Shown piece by piece: positions 1 through 8,657 of a DNA stretch of 44,681 nucleotides (the stretch's first letter is position 1; every line of letters begins with the position of its first letter). The notes under the pieces are model-generated. The model saw nothing but the letters and a program-made list of their open reading frames with translations, did not search any database and was not told the DNA's origin. The position numbers and the translations under genes were made by a program. The stretch spans positions 1 through 44,681 of the forward strand of contig JACRKH010000060.1 of the NCBI GenBank assembly GCA_016235495.1, written 5' to 3'. Source of the stretch: Candidatus Woesearchaeota archaeon (lineage in GTDB: Archaea; Nanobdellota; Nanobdellia; SCGC-AAA011-G17; GW2011-AR17).

Positions 1-23
1 ACAACAGCTTTGGACATAGACCA

Positions 24-53
24 TTATGAAACGCCAAATTCGGCGTTCATAAC
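24..53. repeat. Imperfect hairpin with one extrahelical base (attC-like)
   Basis: TTATGAA(A)CGCC-aaattc-GGCGTTCATAA followed by C; 11-bp stem with one bulged A. Confidence 0.5.
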
Positions 54-122
54 AAAATTACCAAACCTGTTTGATTTATTTTGGAAAAGGACAGAAAAAT
101 GAAATATTTAAAAACACGAAAA

Positions 123-141
123 AATATCCGGACATTACAGT
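123..141. repeat. 19-bp sequence identical to 36230-36248
   Basis: AATATCCGGACATTACAGT read at both positions, both intergenic. Confidence 0.8.
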
Positions 142-155
142 AGAGAAGTTTTTGG

Positions 156-467
156 TTAAGTGTTGTTTGTCAAAAAAGTCTGCATGATTAAAATAGCTAA
201 TTGAATCAAACCAAATATACCCATAACAATTGTTAACCACATAATCCACCTTGTTAAGTTGATCATGACTTCTGATTGTTTTGAAGAACCAACATTAAAT
301 TCTTCTACTTCTTGTTTAAGCCTTCTACTCATTTCTAAGGCAATGTCCTGTCTTCCACACTCATTGTTAGTTGATTTATATTTATGAACCAATTCTTTAT
401 CCGAATATGTCTCAAATCCTGTTTCAAAAGAATCAGATATTCCTTTATATTCATCTGTTTTTGACAT
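156..467 (-). CDS. Hypothetical protein with C-terminal transmembrane helix
   Basis: 103-aa ORF; hydrophobic WIMWLTIVMGIFGLIQLAILI; GAGG upstream. Confidence 0.7.
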   Translation of the reverse strand: MSKTDEYKGISDSFETGFETYSDKELVHKYKSTNNECGRQDIALEMSRRLKQEVEEFNVGSSKQSEVMINLTRWIMWLTIVMGIFGLIQLAILIMQTFLTNNT

Positions 468-588
468 TTTTCCTCTATCCCTAATGGATAATCACTTTTT
501 TATAATTTTATTCTTTAAGAATTTAATCTAGCCTGACACACGGCACGCCCCCGCAGACTTTATAAACAATTACACCCTAAACACAAAA

Positions 589-1254
589 GTGAAAGCAATC
601 AAACTCTCTCCCTCCAGCATTAACCTTTTCTCAGAATGCCCTAAATGCTTCTGGCTCAGTATAATCAAAGGAATAAAAAGACCCTCTGGTGCTTTTCCTT
701 CATTACCTTCAGGCATGGATAAAATTCTCAAAGAACATTTTGACAGATTCATGAAGAAAGGAGAACTTCCTCCAGAATTACAATCCCTCCAAGGCTACAA
801 ACTCTTTGATGATGAAGAACTCCTCAAAGTCTGGAGAAATAACTTCAAAGGCATATCCTACACAGAAGAAAAAACAGGAATAGTTCTGCATGGAGCAATA
901 GACAATATTCTTGTGAAAGGAAAAAAACTAGTAGTTTTGGATTACAAAACAAGAGGATTCCCATTAAAAGAAGATACACCTGAACATTATCAGGCGCAGA
1001 TGAACCTCTATAATTTTCTTTTACGAAAGAATGCCTATGAAACAGAAGATTATACCTATTTGCTCTTTTATCATCCAAATAAAGTTTTAGAGACAGGAGA
1101 AATTATCTTTAATACAGATATCGTGAAGATGAAGACAAATGCGAAAGATGGTGAGAAAGTGTTTATTGAAGCAATAAAAATACTTAAAGGAGAAGAACCT
1201 GAATCCACTGAAGAGTGTAAGTGGTGTATTTGGAGAGGAGACAATGAAAAATAA
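589..1254 (+). CDS. PD-(D/E)XK nuclease family protein (RecB/Cas4-like)
   Basis: LSPSS..ECPKCFW, GAID..LVVLDYKT, QMNLY, C-terminal CKWC; GTG start. Confidence 0.85.
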   Translation: MKAIKLSPSSINLFSECPKCFWLSIIKGIKRPSGAFPSLPSGMDKILKEHFDRFMKKGELPPELQSLQGYKLFDDEELLKVWRNNFKGISYTEEKTGIVLHGAIDNILVKGKKLVVLDYKTRGFPLKEDTPEHYQAQMNLYNFLLRKNAYETEDYTYLLFYHPNKVLETGEIIFNTDIVKMKTNAKDGEKVFIEAIKILKGEEPESTEECKWCIWRGDNEK

Positions 1255-2068
1255 TATCCCTTCCTTTGTAAAATGGGCTGGAGGAAAGAAACAACTCATT
1301 GGCCAGTTTGAGAAGTTTTTCCCAAGCAAATTTGAAAGATATTTTGAGCCTTTTGTTGGAGGTGGTGCCGTTGCCTTTCACATACTAAAAAATTATTCTC
1401 CTAAAGAAGCATTTTTATTTGATATTAATAAAGAATTGATTAATTGCTATAATACAATAAAACAAAATCCACAAGAGCTTCTAAAAGATTTACAAGAACA
1501 CAAAGATAAACACAATAAGGAGTATTTTTACCAAATTAGATCCAAAAGTTTAGGAGAAATGAACAAACTTGAAAGAGCTGCAAGATTTATCTACCTAAAT
1601 AGAACTTGTTTTAATGGTTTATATCGAGTAAATTCTAAAGGTATTTTTAATGTCCCCATGGGAGATTACAAGAACCCTCTCATAGTTCCTAAGGAGGATA
1701 TAACTGAGATTTCATCGTTATTAAAGAAGGCAAGCCTAAAATGTTCCTCTTTTGAAAAAGTTTTAAACCTTGCAAAGAAAGGTGATTTTGTATACCTTGA
1801 CCCTCCATATTATCCATTAAAGAAGGGAACAAGTTTTACAGCGTATACCCAAGGAAACTTCTTAGAGAAAGAACAAATAAAACTGCAAAAAGTCTTCTCA
1901 CAATTAAATAAAAAAGGCTGCAAAGTTATGTTATCAAATAGTGACACAGAATTCATTACAGATATTTATAAGAGTTTTCATATTAATAAAGTTAGAGCAA
2001 CAAGGATGATTAATTGCAATGGAAATGAAAGAGGGAAAATAACTGAAGTAGTTATTACGAATTACTAA
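1244..2068 (+). CDS. dam: DNA adenine methyltransferase, Dam/D12 class
   Basis: KWAGGK, EPFVGGGAV, FNGLYRVN, DPPY motifs. Confidence 0.93.
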   Translation: MKNNIPSFVKWAGGKKQLIGQFEKFFPSKFERYFEPFVGGGAVAFHILKNYSPKEAFLFDINKELINCYNTIKQNPQELLKDLQEHKDKHNKEYFYQIRSKSLGEMNKLERAARFIYLNRTCFNGLYRVNSKGIFNVPMGDYKNPLIVPKEDITEISSLLKKASLKCSSFEKVLNLAKKGDFVYLDPPYYPLKKGTSFTAYTQGNFLEKEQIKLQKVFSQLNKKGCKVMLSNSDTEFITDIYKSFHINKVRATRMINCNGNERGKITEVVITNY

Positions 2069-2619
2069 TCTACTTCTGGTTCTGGCAAACCCAATATCTT
2101 GAAAGGAAGATTCTTAATAAAATAGTCACATCCTGCCAACTTAATGAACTCTTTTACATCATCATATTTAGATTGGTCAAACCATTCATTTAAAATATAA
2201 CAGTACTCTACCTTAATGCCTGTTTCCATAACAAGCCTTTGATATTGTTGCCTTTTGTATTCACATGTTTGGAGTTTCTCATCAACTGAACCAGATTTTT
2301 GCTGAAACTTCATTTCAATAATATAAAGTCTATTTGTCTGAATGATAAACAAAGCTTGATCCGGGAGTAGCTGGGTAGATAAATGTTTCTTCCAATCCAC
2401 TTGGTACTCTTCTAAGAATATTTTGTAAAAACTATATTTCTTGTAGACACGGGCTACTTCCTTATCCTTGAAGAAGAGTTGATGCCAAATATTATTCTCA
2501 GTTTTTCTTTCAACAACCTTATAGCCTTTTAAGTTTTGAAAAGAAGCAATAAGATCAGCTCTGCCTTCAAATTTCAATCCTGAGAGTGTATTTGCTCCAC
2601 CTTCTCCGCCTTCTTTCAT
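2065..2619 (-). CDS. Putative type II restriction endonuclease (PD-(D/E)XK)
   Basis: PD..IIEMKFQ..GSVDEK; convergent with and overlapping the methyltransferase. Confidence 0.7.
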   Translation of the reverse strand: MKEGGEGGANTLSGLKFEGRADLIASFQNLKGYKVVERKTENNIWHQLFFKDKEVARVYKKYSFYKIFLEEYQVDWKKHLSTQLLPDQALFIIQTNRLYIIEMKFQQKSGSVDEKLQTCEYKRQQYQRLVMETGIKVEYCYILNEWFDQSKYDDVKEFIKLAGCDYFIKNLPFKILGLPEPEVD

Positions 2620-2885
2620 AAAAAGAGAGAATAGCTTCGAATTTAAAAGTTTAACTTTTATTCATTCTTTGTATAGGACAGAGACAAATGTCCCTAGCCT
2701 ACACATGGTCTGCAATTTCGATACTTTTAAACAGGAATGAGATTGAAAAAGGATGAATAAAAAAGGACAATTGGGGTGCATTTAATATAATCGATCAAGT
2801 TTAGGCCAGGTTATAGGAATAAAAAGACACGAGAAAGCCTACAAAAGGAAAGCCTTATAAGTAACATATTACTCATATAAGTAAA

Positions 2886-3440
2886 ATGATACTTAACTCT
2901 TTAATCATGGAAGAATTCCTAAGAGACTATGCAGGAGCCTATACAGGCAGTTTTATTTCCCAAAAGAAAGGATTAAACCAAAAAACAGTTTCAAACTACT
3001 TAAATATTCTTGAAAAAGAACATATCCTGCGAAGTGTAACAGAAGGAAAAAATAAAAAATATTCCCTCAATAAAGAAAACAAAGAAATACTCAAGCATTT
3101 TATTCTTGCAATAGAACACTTGAGAACAATAGACTTTTACAAAAAATACCCTCTTATAAAAGAAGTAGCAGAAAAGATACAAAAACACATTCAAGGAACT
3201 GCATTGCTATTTGGCAGTTATGCGAAAGGCATAGCCAAAAAGGATTCAGATATAGACATCCTCATCATAGGAACTTGCAATGAAAAAGAAATAACAAAAA
3301 TAGAACTAATTTATAATGTTGATATAAATCTAAAGATATACAACAAGATAGAAAAAGATATACTTTTCAAAGAAGCAATAAAAAACCATATCCTTCTAAA
3401 AAACTTCGAAACATTTACTGAGGATATGCTCCATGAATAA
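2886..3440 (+). CDS. HTH plus minimal nucleotidyltransferase (MNT antitoxin)
   Basis: LFGSYAKG..SDIDIL motif; N-terminal winged HTH. Confidence 0.85.
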   Translation: MILNSLIMEEFLRDYAGAYTGSFISQKKGLNQKTVSNYLNILEKEHILRSVTEGKNKKYSLNKENKEILKHFILAIEHLRTIDFYKKYPLIKEVAEKIQKHIQGTALLFGSYAKGIAKKDSDIDILIIGTCNEKEITKIELIYNVDINLKIYNKIEKDILFKEAIKNHILLKNFETFTEDMLHE

Positions 3441-3900
3441 CATTGAATGGTGTTTAAAACAGAAAAATGGTATTGAAATAATAGAACCAAATGATGATTT
3501 AGCAAAAGCATACATACAAAAAGCAGAAGATGCACTCCAAGCTTCATCTCTTTTAGAAGCACATAGGGATTGGAGAATTTCTTCCCTTTATTATTCGATG
3601 TATTTTGCGGTATATGCCATTCTTATGAAAATAGGAATAAAATGTGAGATTCATTCTTGTACAATTACGTTTATGGAAGAGATATTAAAAGATTATTTTG
3701 GCCAAAAGGAGAGAGAATTATTGAAGAAATCTATGAAAGCAAGAATTGATACCCAATATTATACAGATAAGAATATTTCTGAGGTAACATATCATACTAT
3801 GGTTGAAAATGCACCAAAGTTTCTGGTTACATGCAAAGAGATATTGTATCAAATAAATGAAATAAAAATTAAAGAAATAAGAAATCGCATATCAAAATAA
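3433..3900 (+). CDS. HEPN domain protein (toxin of MNT-HEPN pair)
   Basis: YYSMY..AIL, H and R..QYY motif; overlaps MNT stop. Confidence 0.85.
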   Translation: MNNIEWCLKQKNGIEIIEPNDDLAKAYIQKAEDALQASSLLEAHRDWRISSLYYSMYFAVYAILMKIGIKCEIHSCTITFMEEILKDYFGQKERELLKKSMKARIDTQYYTDKNISEVTYHTMVENAPKFLVTCKEILYQINEIKIKEIRNRISK

Positions 3901-3935
3901 TTTTATGTTCCTCTTCCAAACAGGTATATTTCATT

Positions 3936-4472
3936 CTACCCCAACAGCTCTTTCTTCAGGGTCTTGTGTGCAATATTAATCTTCTGAAAGGTCTCCAAAT
4001 CCCCGCCCATATCCGGATGATGTGCCTTAGAAAGATCCTTGTACTTCTTTGTAATCATATCAAAATCAAAACTATCATGAGAAACCCCTAACAGCGCTCG
4101 TGCCTCTTTCCTCTGCACTTCCACATCCTTATCCTCATTGAACACAGCAATACATTCCTCTCGCGTTTTCTCGCCAGAAAGCACAGCATTGACTTCGTGT
4201 TCAATCACCTGTAGAATAACATGCAGGTTCTCTATGTAGCGCAAAGAAGTATAGGAATAGTAAAGATTCTGCCAGTCCATATACCAGCTCACAGAAGCAG
4301 CAGCTCGCTTAATCACCATAGCCTCATCTTTGAAAGAAATAGAATCTTCTTCCACACCCAGCTTTTTCAGCTGAGCAGTAATCATATTCTTCAGCTGCAC
4401 TGCCTTTCTGTTGGAAGCCTGCTTCATATCAAACTGAGGAATATCATATCCTCGCACTTTTATCGTTGCCAT
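3936..4472 (-). CDS. C-terminal J-domain protein
   Basis: ARALLGV..KKYKDLSKAHHPDMGGD..FQKINIAH (HPD motif). Confidence 0.85.
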   Translation of the reverse strand: MATIKVRGYDIPQFDMKQASNRKAVQLKNMITAQLKKLGVEEDSISFKDEAMVIKRAAASVSWYMDWQNLYYSYTSLRYIENLHVILQVIEHEVNAVLSGEKTREECIAVFNEDKDVEVQRKEARALLGVSHDSFDFDMITKKYKDLSKAHHPDMGGDLETFQKINIAHKTLKKELLG

Positions 4473-4565
4473 AGCTCTTTTGCCGAAGAGCTCCTTTATA
4501 AAGCTATGGATGCGAAAAGAGAAAACTTTATATCTTATATAAACTTTAAAACTTATAGAAAAACC

Positions 4566-4700
4566 ATGGAAACAATAACCATCCCGAAAAGAGAATATGA
4601 AACTCTAAAAAAGCAGGCACAAATTGATATGGATGTACTGCATCAGTTCATGAATAGCCTTGCCGATATTAAGGCTGGAAGAATAAAAAAAGTTAGGTAA
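4566..4700 (+). CDS. Small antitoxin-like protein (44 aa)
   Basis: METITIPKREYETLK..SLADIKAGRIKKVR; TATA-like element upstream; 3' part of track ORF 4221-4700. Confidence 0.7.
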   Translation: METITIPKREYETLKKQAQIDMDVLHQFMNSLADIKAGRIKKVR

Positions 4701-5019
4701 TTTTCTGATTCTTAAGAATGTCCTTTATTTCCTGCCCAAAATTGTTCAAAAGTAAAAAAAGAGTATTAATGACTCTTTGTTGATCCTTCTTTTCACTTAT
4801 TGCCACGAGATACACAGCTTTCATATCATCATAAATAAGATAATAAACTCGGATCTTATGATGTTTCTTTTCCCTTAACCAAGGAACTCGTATAGAATCA
4901 CCAACATAAGGATTCTCAAAAAGTTGATCCTCAATCTTTTCCATCCAATCCTGAAATTCTTTGGGGTACTTATTCAGCAGTTTATCAAATGATTCTGAAT
5001 GATAGACAGCATAGGCCAT
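4693..5019 (-). CDS. RelE/ParE-family toxin
   Basis: YAVYHSESFDK..NPYVGD..LREKK..RVYYLI..VYLVAISEKKDQQ. Confidence 0.75.
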   Translation of the reverse strand: MAYAVYHSESFDKLLNKYPKEFQDWMEKIEDQLFENPYVGDSIRVPWLREKKHHKIRVYYLIYDDMKAVYLVAISEKKDQQRVINTLFLLLNNFGQEIKDILKNQKIT

Positions 5020-5132
5020 AAAATATTGTTACCTAAAGGATTTATAAATATTTTCTAGGAATAAACTTTAAAGTTTAAAGAGATACACACCCATAGCACA
5101 ATTTTATAAACTTCTATACTCCCCCAAAAGAA

Positions 5133-5243
5133 ATGAATGACATAGAATTAGCAGAATCCATTGCAAAGACACATAAAAGACTATCAGATTTTGAACAAAA
5201 CATTCAAACGAAAAAATATACTAGAAAAGACTTGGGTTTCTAG
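5133..5243 (+). CDS. Small ORF, possible antitoxin (36 aa)
   Basis: MNDIELAESIAKTHKRLSDFEQNIQTKKYTRKDLGF; TTTATAAA about 22 nt upstream. Confidence 0.45.
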   Translation: MNDIELAESIAKTHKRLSDFEQNIQTKKYTRKDLGF

Positions 5244-5305
5244 AAGTGCCTCATATTTCCCTACTAAAAGAAACACTTATTAAGAACCACACTTCCCTAA
5301 AAACA

Positions 5306-5719
5306 ATGAATATCCTCGCACAGAAAGGAACAGAAAAGACTTGTCCAACAGCAGTATTTCTCAAAGAAGGAAAAGTTCTTTCAGGATTAAGGCATTACAC
5401 TCCTGACAAATGGAAAGCAATCTCTGTCTGGACCTTTCCAGGGGGAAGATGTGATGCAGGAGAAACCATAGAACAAACTTTAAGAAGAGAAGTAGCAGAA
5501 GAAATTAATATCACAGACTTTCAAATCACAAAATATCTAGGAACTTTTCCAGGTGCAAAAGAAGGAGACCTGGTTCCTGCATTTCTCTGTACAACAATGC
5601 AAAGCCCAAAGCTTATGGAGCCGGAAAAATTCTCTGAATGGAAATGGTTTCCCGCAAAAAAACTCCCAGAAAATTTTATCAATCCTCATGTACGCAGCTA
5701 TCTGCTTGAAAAAGTATAA
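5306..5719 (+). CDS. NUDIX hydrolase
   Basis: Nudix box GGRCDAGETIEQTLRREVAEEINI; ATG 5306 preferred over GTG 5246. Confidence 0.88.
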   Translation: MNILAQKGTEKTCPTAVFLKEGKVLSGLRHYTPDKWKAISVWTFPGGRCDAGETIEQTLRREVAEEINITDFQITKYLGTFPGAKEGDLVPAFLCTTMQSPKLMEPEKFSEWKWFPAKKLPENFINPHVRSYLLEKV

Positions 5720-5731
5720 ACCATTCTAAAC

Positions 5732-6250
5732 TTATTTAATTTTTCTAATAATTTCCTTATCTACATAATCCGTAAGATCTTCCCAAGCTTTCTTGCAATT
5801 CTCTCCAAGGGAAAAAGGTTCAATATCAAGCTTACTATGTATGCTATGTCTACAAACCAACTCATCAAGTTCGTCTCGATAGATTGTGCTAGGAGAGAAT
5901 TCAATGATCAAACGTAGAGGATAGGCATTTTTGCATTCCTCGAAAATATCTTCCAGAGCAGTAGAAAGTCTTCTGCCATCTTCTAATCTGCCAGTAGTGG
6001 AAATATAAGAGTGAAAAGGACTTGGCGCATCACTAAAAAAATCATAAAAAAAGAGACTATCCCCATAGCGAGAATCACTATAAAACAGAGCAACAAAACG
6101 AAGACTAGAAGATTCTCCAATTCTCTCTAGCCTTCTCCAAAAAGTCTGAAGCGATGCAGAGCTTTGCTCAAAGGGAGCCATCCCATCAAGAAAAAGAGGA
6201 ACAAAGGAAGTATTCACCACAACAAGAGCATCTTTTCCAAAATAATCCAT
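5732..6250 (-). CDS. Hypothetical protein
   Basis: 172-aa ORF filling the gap; no motif recognised. Confidence 0.6.
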   Translation of the reverse strand: MDYFGKDALVVVNTSFVPLFLDGMAPFEQSSASLQTFWRRLERIGESSSLRFVALFYSDSRYGDSLFFYDFFSDAPSPFHSYISTTGRLEDGRRLSTALEDIFEECKNAYPLRLIIEFSPSTIYRDELDELVCRHSIHSKLDIEPFSLGENCKKAWEDLTDYVDKEIIRKIK

Positions 6251-6292
6251 CGAAAAAGGAATAAACAGAGCATTAATAAGAATTTCTGTACT

Positions 6293-6376
6293 CTAAGCCA
6301 GCTTTACTTTGCAGATATTGCCCTTGCACACCATCTTCGTTTCCTTCTTCTTCACCATTTTCTTTTTCACAGCCAT
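6293..6376 (-). CDS. Small basic peptide (27 aa) with two Cys
   Basis: MAVKKKMVKKKETKMVCKGNICKVKLA; SD GAGGTG 5 nt before ATG; follows VKOR gene. Confidence 0.55.
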   Translation of the reverse strand: MAVKKKMVKKKETKMVCKGNICKVKLA

Positions 6377-6386
6377 ACAAACACCT

Positions 6387-6809
6387 CTACAAAGCAGAAT
6401 GCATTTTTCTATATAAAACTATTGCTAAAATAAAAGTGACTAAAACCAAAACATGTACACTCGTGCACCAGAGGCAAATGGCTTCCAAAACAATTTCCCC
6501 ATAAATGAAATAAATCAGAGAAAGCAAGCCTAAAGAACACCAGACAAAAAAAGGCATTTCATATTTTCTCTTTTTTAGAAGAAAACTAAATCCAATCAAT
6601 CCTAAAAACCAAACGACTCCAAAGAATGCAACAGGCACATGATAAATTTCTGAGTACATGCTGGTGTTCACCGTGGAGCAGGAAATCAAAGCATTCACAT
6701 CACAGAATGCTGGCTCAGGAATATAATGATGCTTCACTAAATACAAAGAAAGAACCAATCCAATAATTCCAATAATCAAAAACAAATACCGAAGAGTTTT
6801 TCTTTGCAT
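6387..6809 (-). CDS. Vitamin K epoxide reductase (VKOR) family membrane protein
   Basis: FCD..SCSTV..S.YS, TM helices, CLWC redox motif. Confidence 0.9.
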   Translation of the reverse strand: MQRKTLRYLFLIIGIIGLVLSLYLVKHHYIPEPAFCDVNALISCSTVNTSMYSEIYHVPVAFFGVVWFLGLIGFSFLLKKRKYEMPFFVWCSLGLLSLIYFIYGEIVLEAICLWCTSVHVLVLVTFILAIVLYRKMHSAL

Positions 6810-6883
6810 AGAGAAAAGAAAATAAAGGCAAATTATAAACTTTTCCTGCTTTCGCAAACTTTATATGCTTCAGAGTAGTATGT

Positions 6884-6999
6884 CGCTGGAGCTGGGATTT
6901 GAACCCAGAAATGCTAGGGAGCATCATGGTTTCCTCAGACCTCTCACCCCTTATGAGAGGCTTTTGAGACCCTGCCATACCAGATTTGGCGACTCCAGC
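6884..6999 (-). tRNA. tRNA with anticodon CAA (nominally Leu) and a 31-nt intron at 37/38 (6932-6962); atypical, Ser-like body
   Basis: Acceptor GCTGGAG/CTCCAGC, T arm CTGGG-TTCAAAT-CCCAG, long variable arm, BHB GGT-CTCA-AAA / TGAG-GAA-ACC. Confidence 0.8.
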
Positions 7000-7083
7000 A
7001 TATTCCCTTCCAAATAAATCCTCTTCAAAAACTTTTCCCAGAAATTTCCAAAGATTTTCAATAAATACTTAAAGACAAAGGAT

Positions 7084-7338
7084 ATGAAAGAAGAGATGAA
7101 GAAAAAAGAATTCCCCATTAAAGGCTGGAAATGGATTTTTTATATCATTGGCTGGCTCGGTGTTCTCAATGTTGCATTCTGGATATACCAGGTAGTTGCC
7201 TATGCACTCTATAACTCAGAAGATAAATTTTTTACCAATCACTTTCACAGAAGAGTATTCAATTGGGGAATTCTCATAACAATAACTATAGCCCTAGCAT
7301 TTCTCATCGCAGCTGCCTTTGCCATTTTTGTAGGCTGA
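7084..7338 (+). CDS. Small membrane protein
   Basis: Two hydrophobic segments, 84 aa. Confidence 0.65.
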   Translation: MKEEMKKKEFPIKGWKWIFYIIGWLGVLNVAFWIYQVVAYALYNSEDKFFTNHFHRRVFNWGILITITIALAFLIAAAFAIFVG

Positions 7339-7377
7339 TACAAAACTCTTAAGAACTCTTTTTCATTTCTTTTTGAC

Positions 7378-8034
7378 ATGAACACAGAAACCCTCCTCAA
7401 AGTGTACAACATTCTCGAGAAAGAAGTAAAGAATTACAAAGTGCCTATTATCACATTAATAGCACAGACAAAAAAAGATCCCTACAGAGTATTGATAGGC
7501 ACAGTACTTTCATTACGAACAAAAGATGAAGTCACAGCAAAGGCATGTGAGAGATTGTTTGCACAAGCAGACACTCCTGAGAAAATGATAAAATTATCAG
7601 AAGCAGAAATTGAAAAACTCATCTACCCCACTGGCTTCTACAAAACCAAAGCAAAGAACATAAAGATTATTTCTCAAAAACTAATTAATGAATATAACTC
7701 TAAAGTTCCAGACGAAATTGATACACTATTGACATTTCCAAATGTAGGAAGGAAGACTGCAAACTTAGTAGTCATTGAGGGTTATGACAAACCAGGAGTT
7801 TGTGTAGATGTACACAACTGGCGAATTTTAAATAGATTAGGCTATCTCAAAGCAAAAAATCCGGAAGAAACAGAATTCGCAATACGAAAAAAACTTCCAC
7901 AAAAGTATTGGAACAAACTCAATTACATCCTCGTCGCATTTGGCCAGAATACCTGTGTTCCAGTATCACCCCTTTGTTCAAAATGTCCTGTCTACAAATA
8001 CTGTGAAAGAAAAGGCGTGAAAACGCAGAGATAG
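7378..8034 (+). CDS. nth: Endonuclease III
   Basis: HhH LLTFPNVGRKTAN, VDVH, Fe-S motif C-x6-C-x2-C-x5-C. Confidence 0.93.
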   Translation: MNTETLLKVYNILEKEVKNYKVPIITLIAQTKKDPYRVLIGTVLSLRTKDEVTAKACERLFAQADTPEKMIKLSEAEIEKLIYPTGFYKTKAKNIKIISQKLINEYNSKVPDEIDTLLTFPNVGRKTANLVVIEGYDKPGVCVDVHNWRILNRLGYLKAKNPEETEFAIRKKLPQKYWNKLNYILVAFGQNTCVPVSPLCSKCPVYKYCERKGVKTQR

Positions 8035-8253
8035 CTAAAAATAAAGTTTCTTCTTTCTCTGCACAGCATGCTCCAAAGCAGGTCGCATTTTTCTCCCTGT
8101 CCTCCAGAGCCAGCCTTTCTCATACGTATTGCATGCAGGAAGCACTTCTCTGCTCACATGATACGCAACATCTTGTCCTAACACTCGTGGCACAGAAAGA
8201 ATACCAGAGAATAATCCATCTTTTCCTCCATGAGCACCATCCAAACATTTCAC
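8035..8253 (-). CDS. Hypothetical protein, possibly a continuation of 8250-8579
   Basis: 72-aa ORF whose GTG overlaps the upstream TGA. Confidence 0.3.
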   Translation of the reverse strand: MKCLDGAHGGKDGLFSGILSVPRVLGQDVAYHVSREVLPACNTYEKGWLWRTGRKMRPALEHAVQRKKKLYF

Positions 8254-8579
8254 AAAGCCAGGAATATAATCCCAGAATAAAGAGTGCCATTTGTATATTT
8301 TTCAACACGAAGCAAGTCATCAATCACTTCAGGAAAAGCAGTTCTTCTTTTTGTTCTCGTTCGGTACCACTGCCAATGCTCCCAGACAAGAGAGGAAAAA
8401 TGAGCTCCTCCAACTTCACCAGAAGTATACAATGGCCCTTTTTTTCCTCCAATACTGTGTACAAGCACATCGGAGAATATTCCTAGAATTTCTAAACTCT
8501 CTCGAGGAAAATAAAACTCCCCTTGTTCTGGTCGGGTAGAACAATACAGCACTGCAGACACAAAATCTTTTTTATCCAT
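8250..8579 (-). CDS. Hypothetical protein
   Basis: Non-overlapping part of track ORF 8250-8888, from MDKKDFV. Confidence 0.4.
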   Translation of the reverse strand: MDKKDFVSAVLYCSTRPEQGEFYFPRESLEILGIFSDVLVHSIGGKKGPLYTSGEVGGAHFSSLVWEHWQWYRTRTKRRTAFPEVIDDLLRVEKYTNGTLYSGIIFLAL

Positions 8580-8657
8580 AAAAAAGCATATTTCCATCTC
8601 TTTAAAAGATTTTAGCAAGTCCATAACACTTATAACTTCTTTTAACTTTCCTTCAGC

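Noticed and set aside
589-1254. Cas4-like nuclease as a sign of CRISPR-Cas
   Set aside because: No repeat-spacer array or other cas genes seen in the window; solo PD-(D/E)XK proteins are common.
4221-4565. 5' part of track ORF 4221-4700
   Set aside because: Antisense to the J-domain gene; only the part from ATG 4566 looks like a real protein.
6884-6999. Genome-wide UUG reassignment to Ser
   Set aside because: TTG occupies the conserved Leu in the Rpl12 C-terminal LFG motif; nothing else seen supports recoding.
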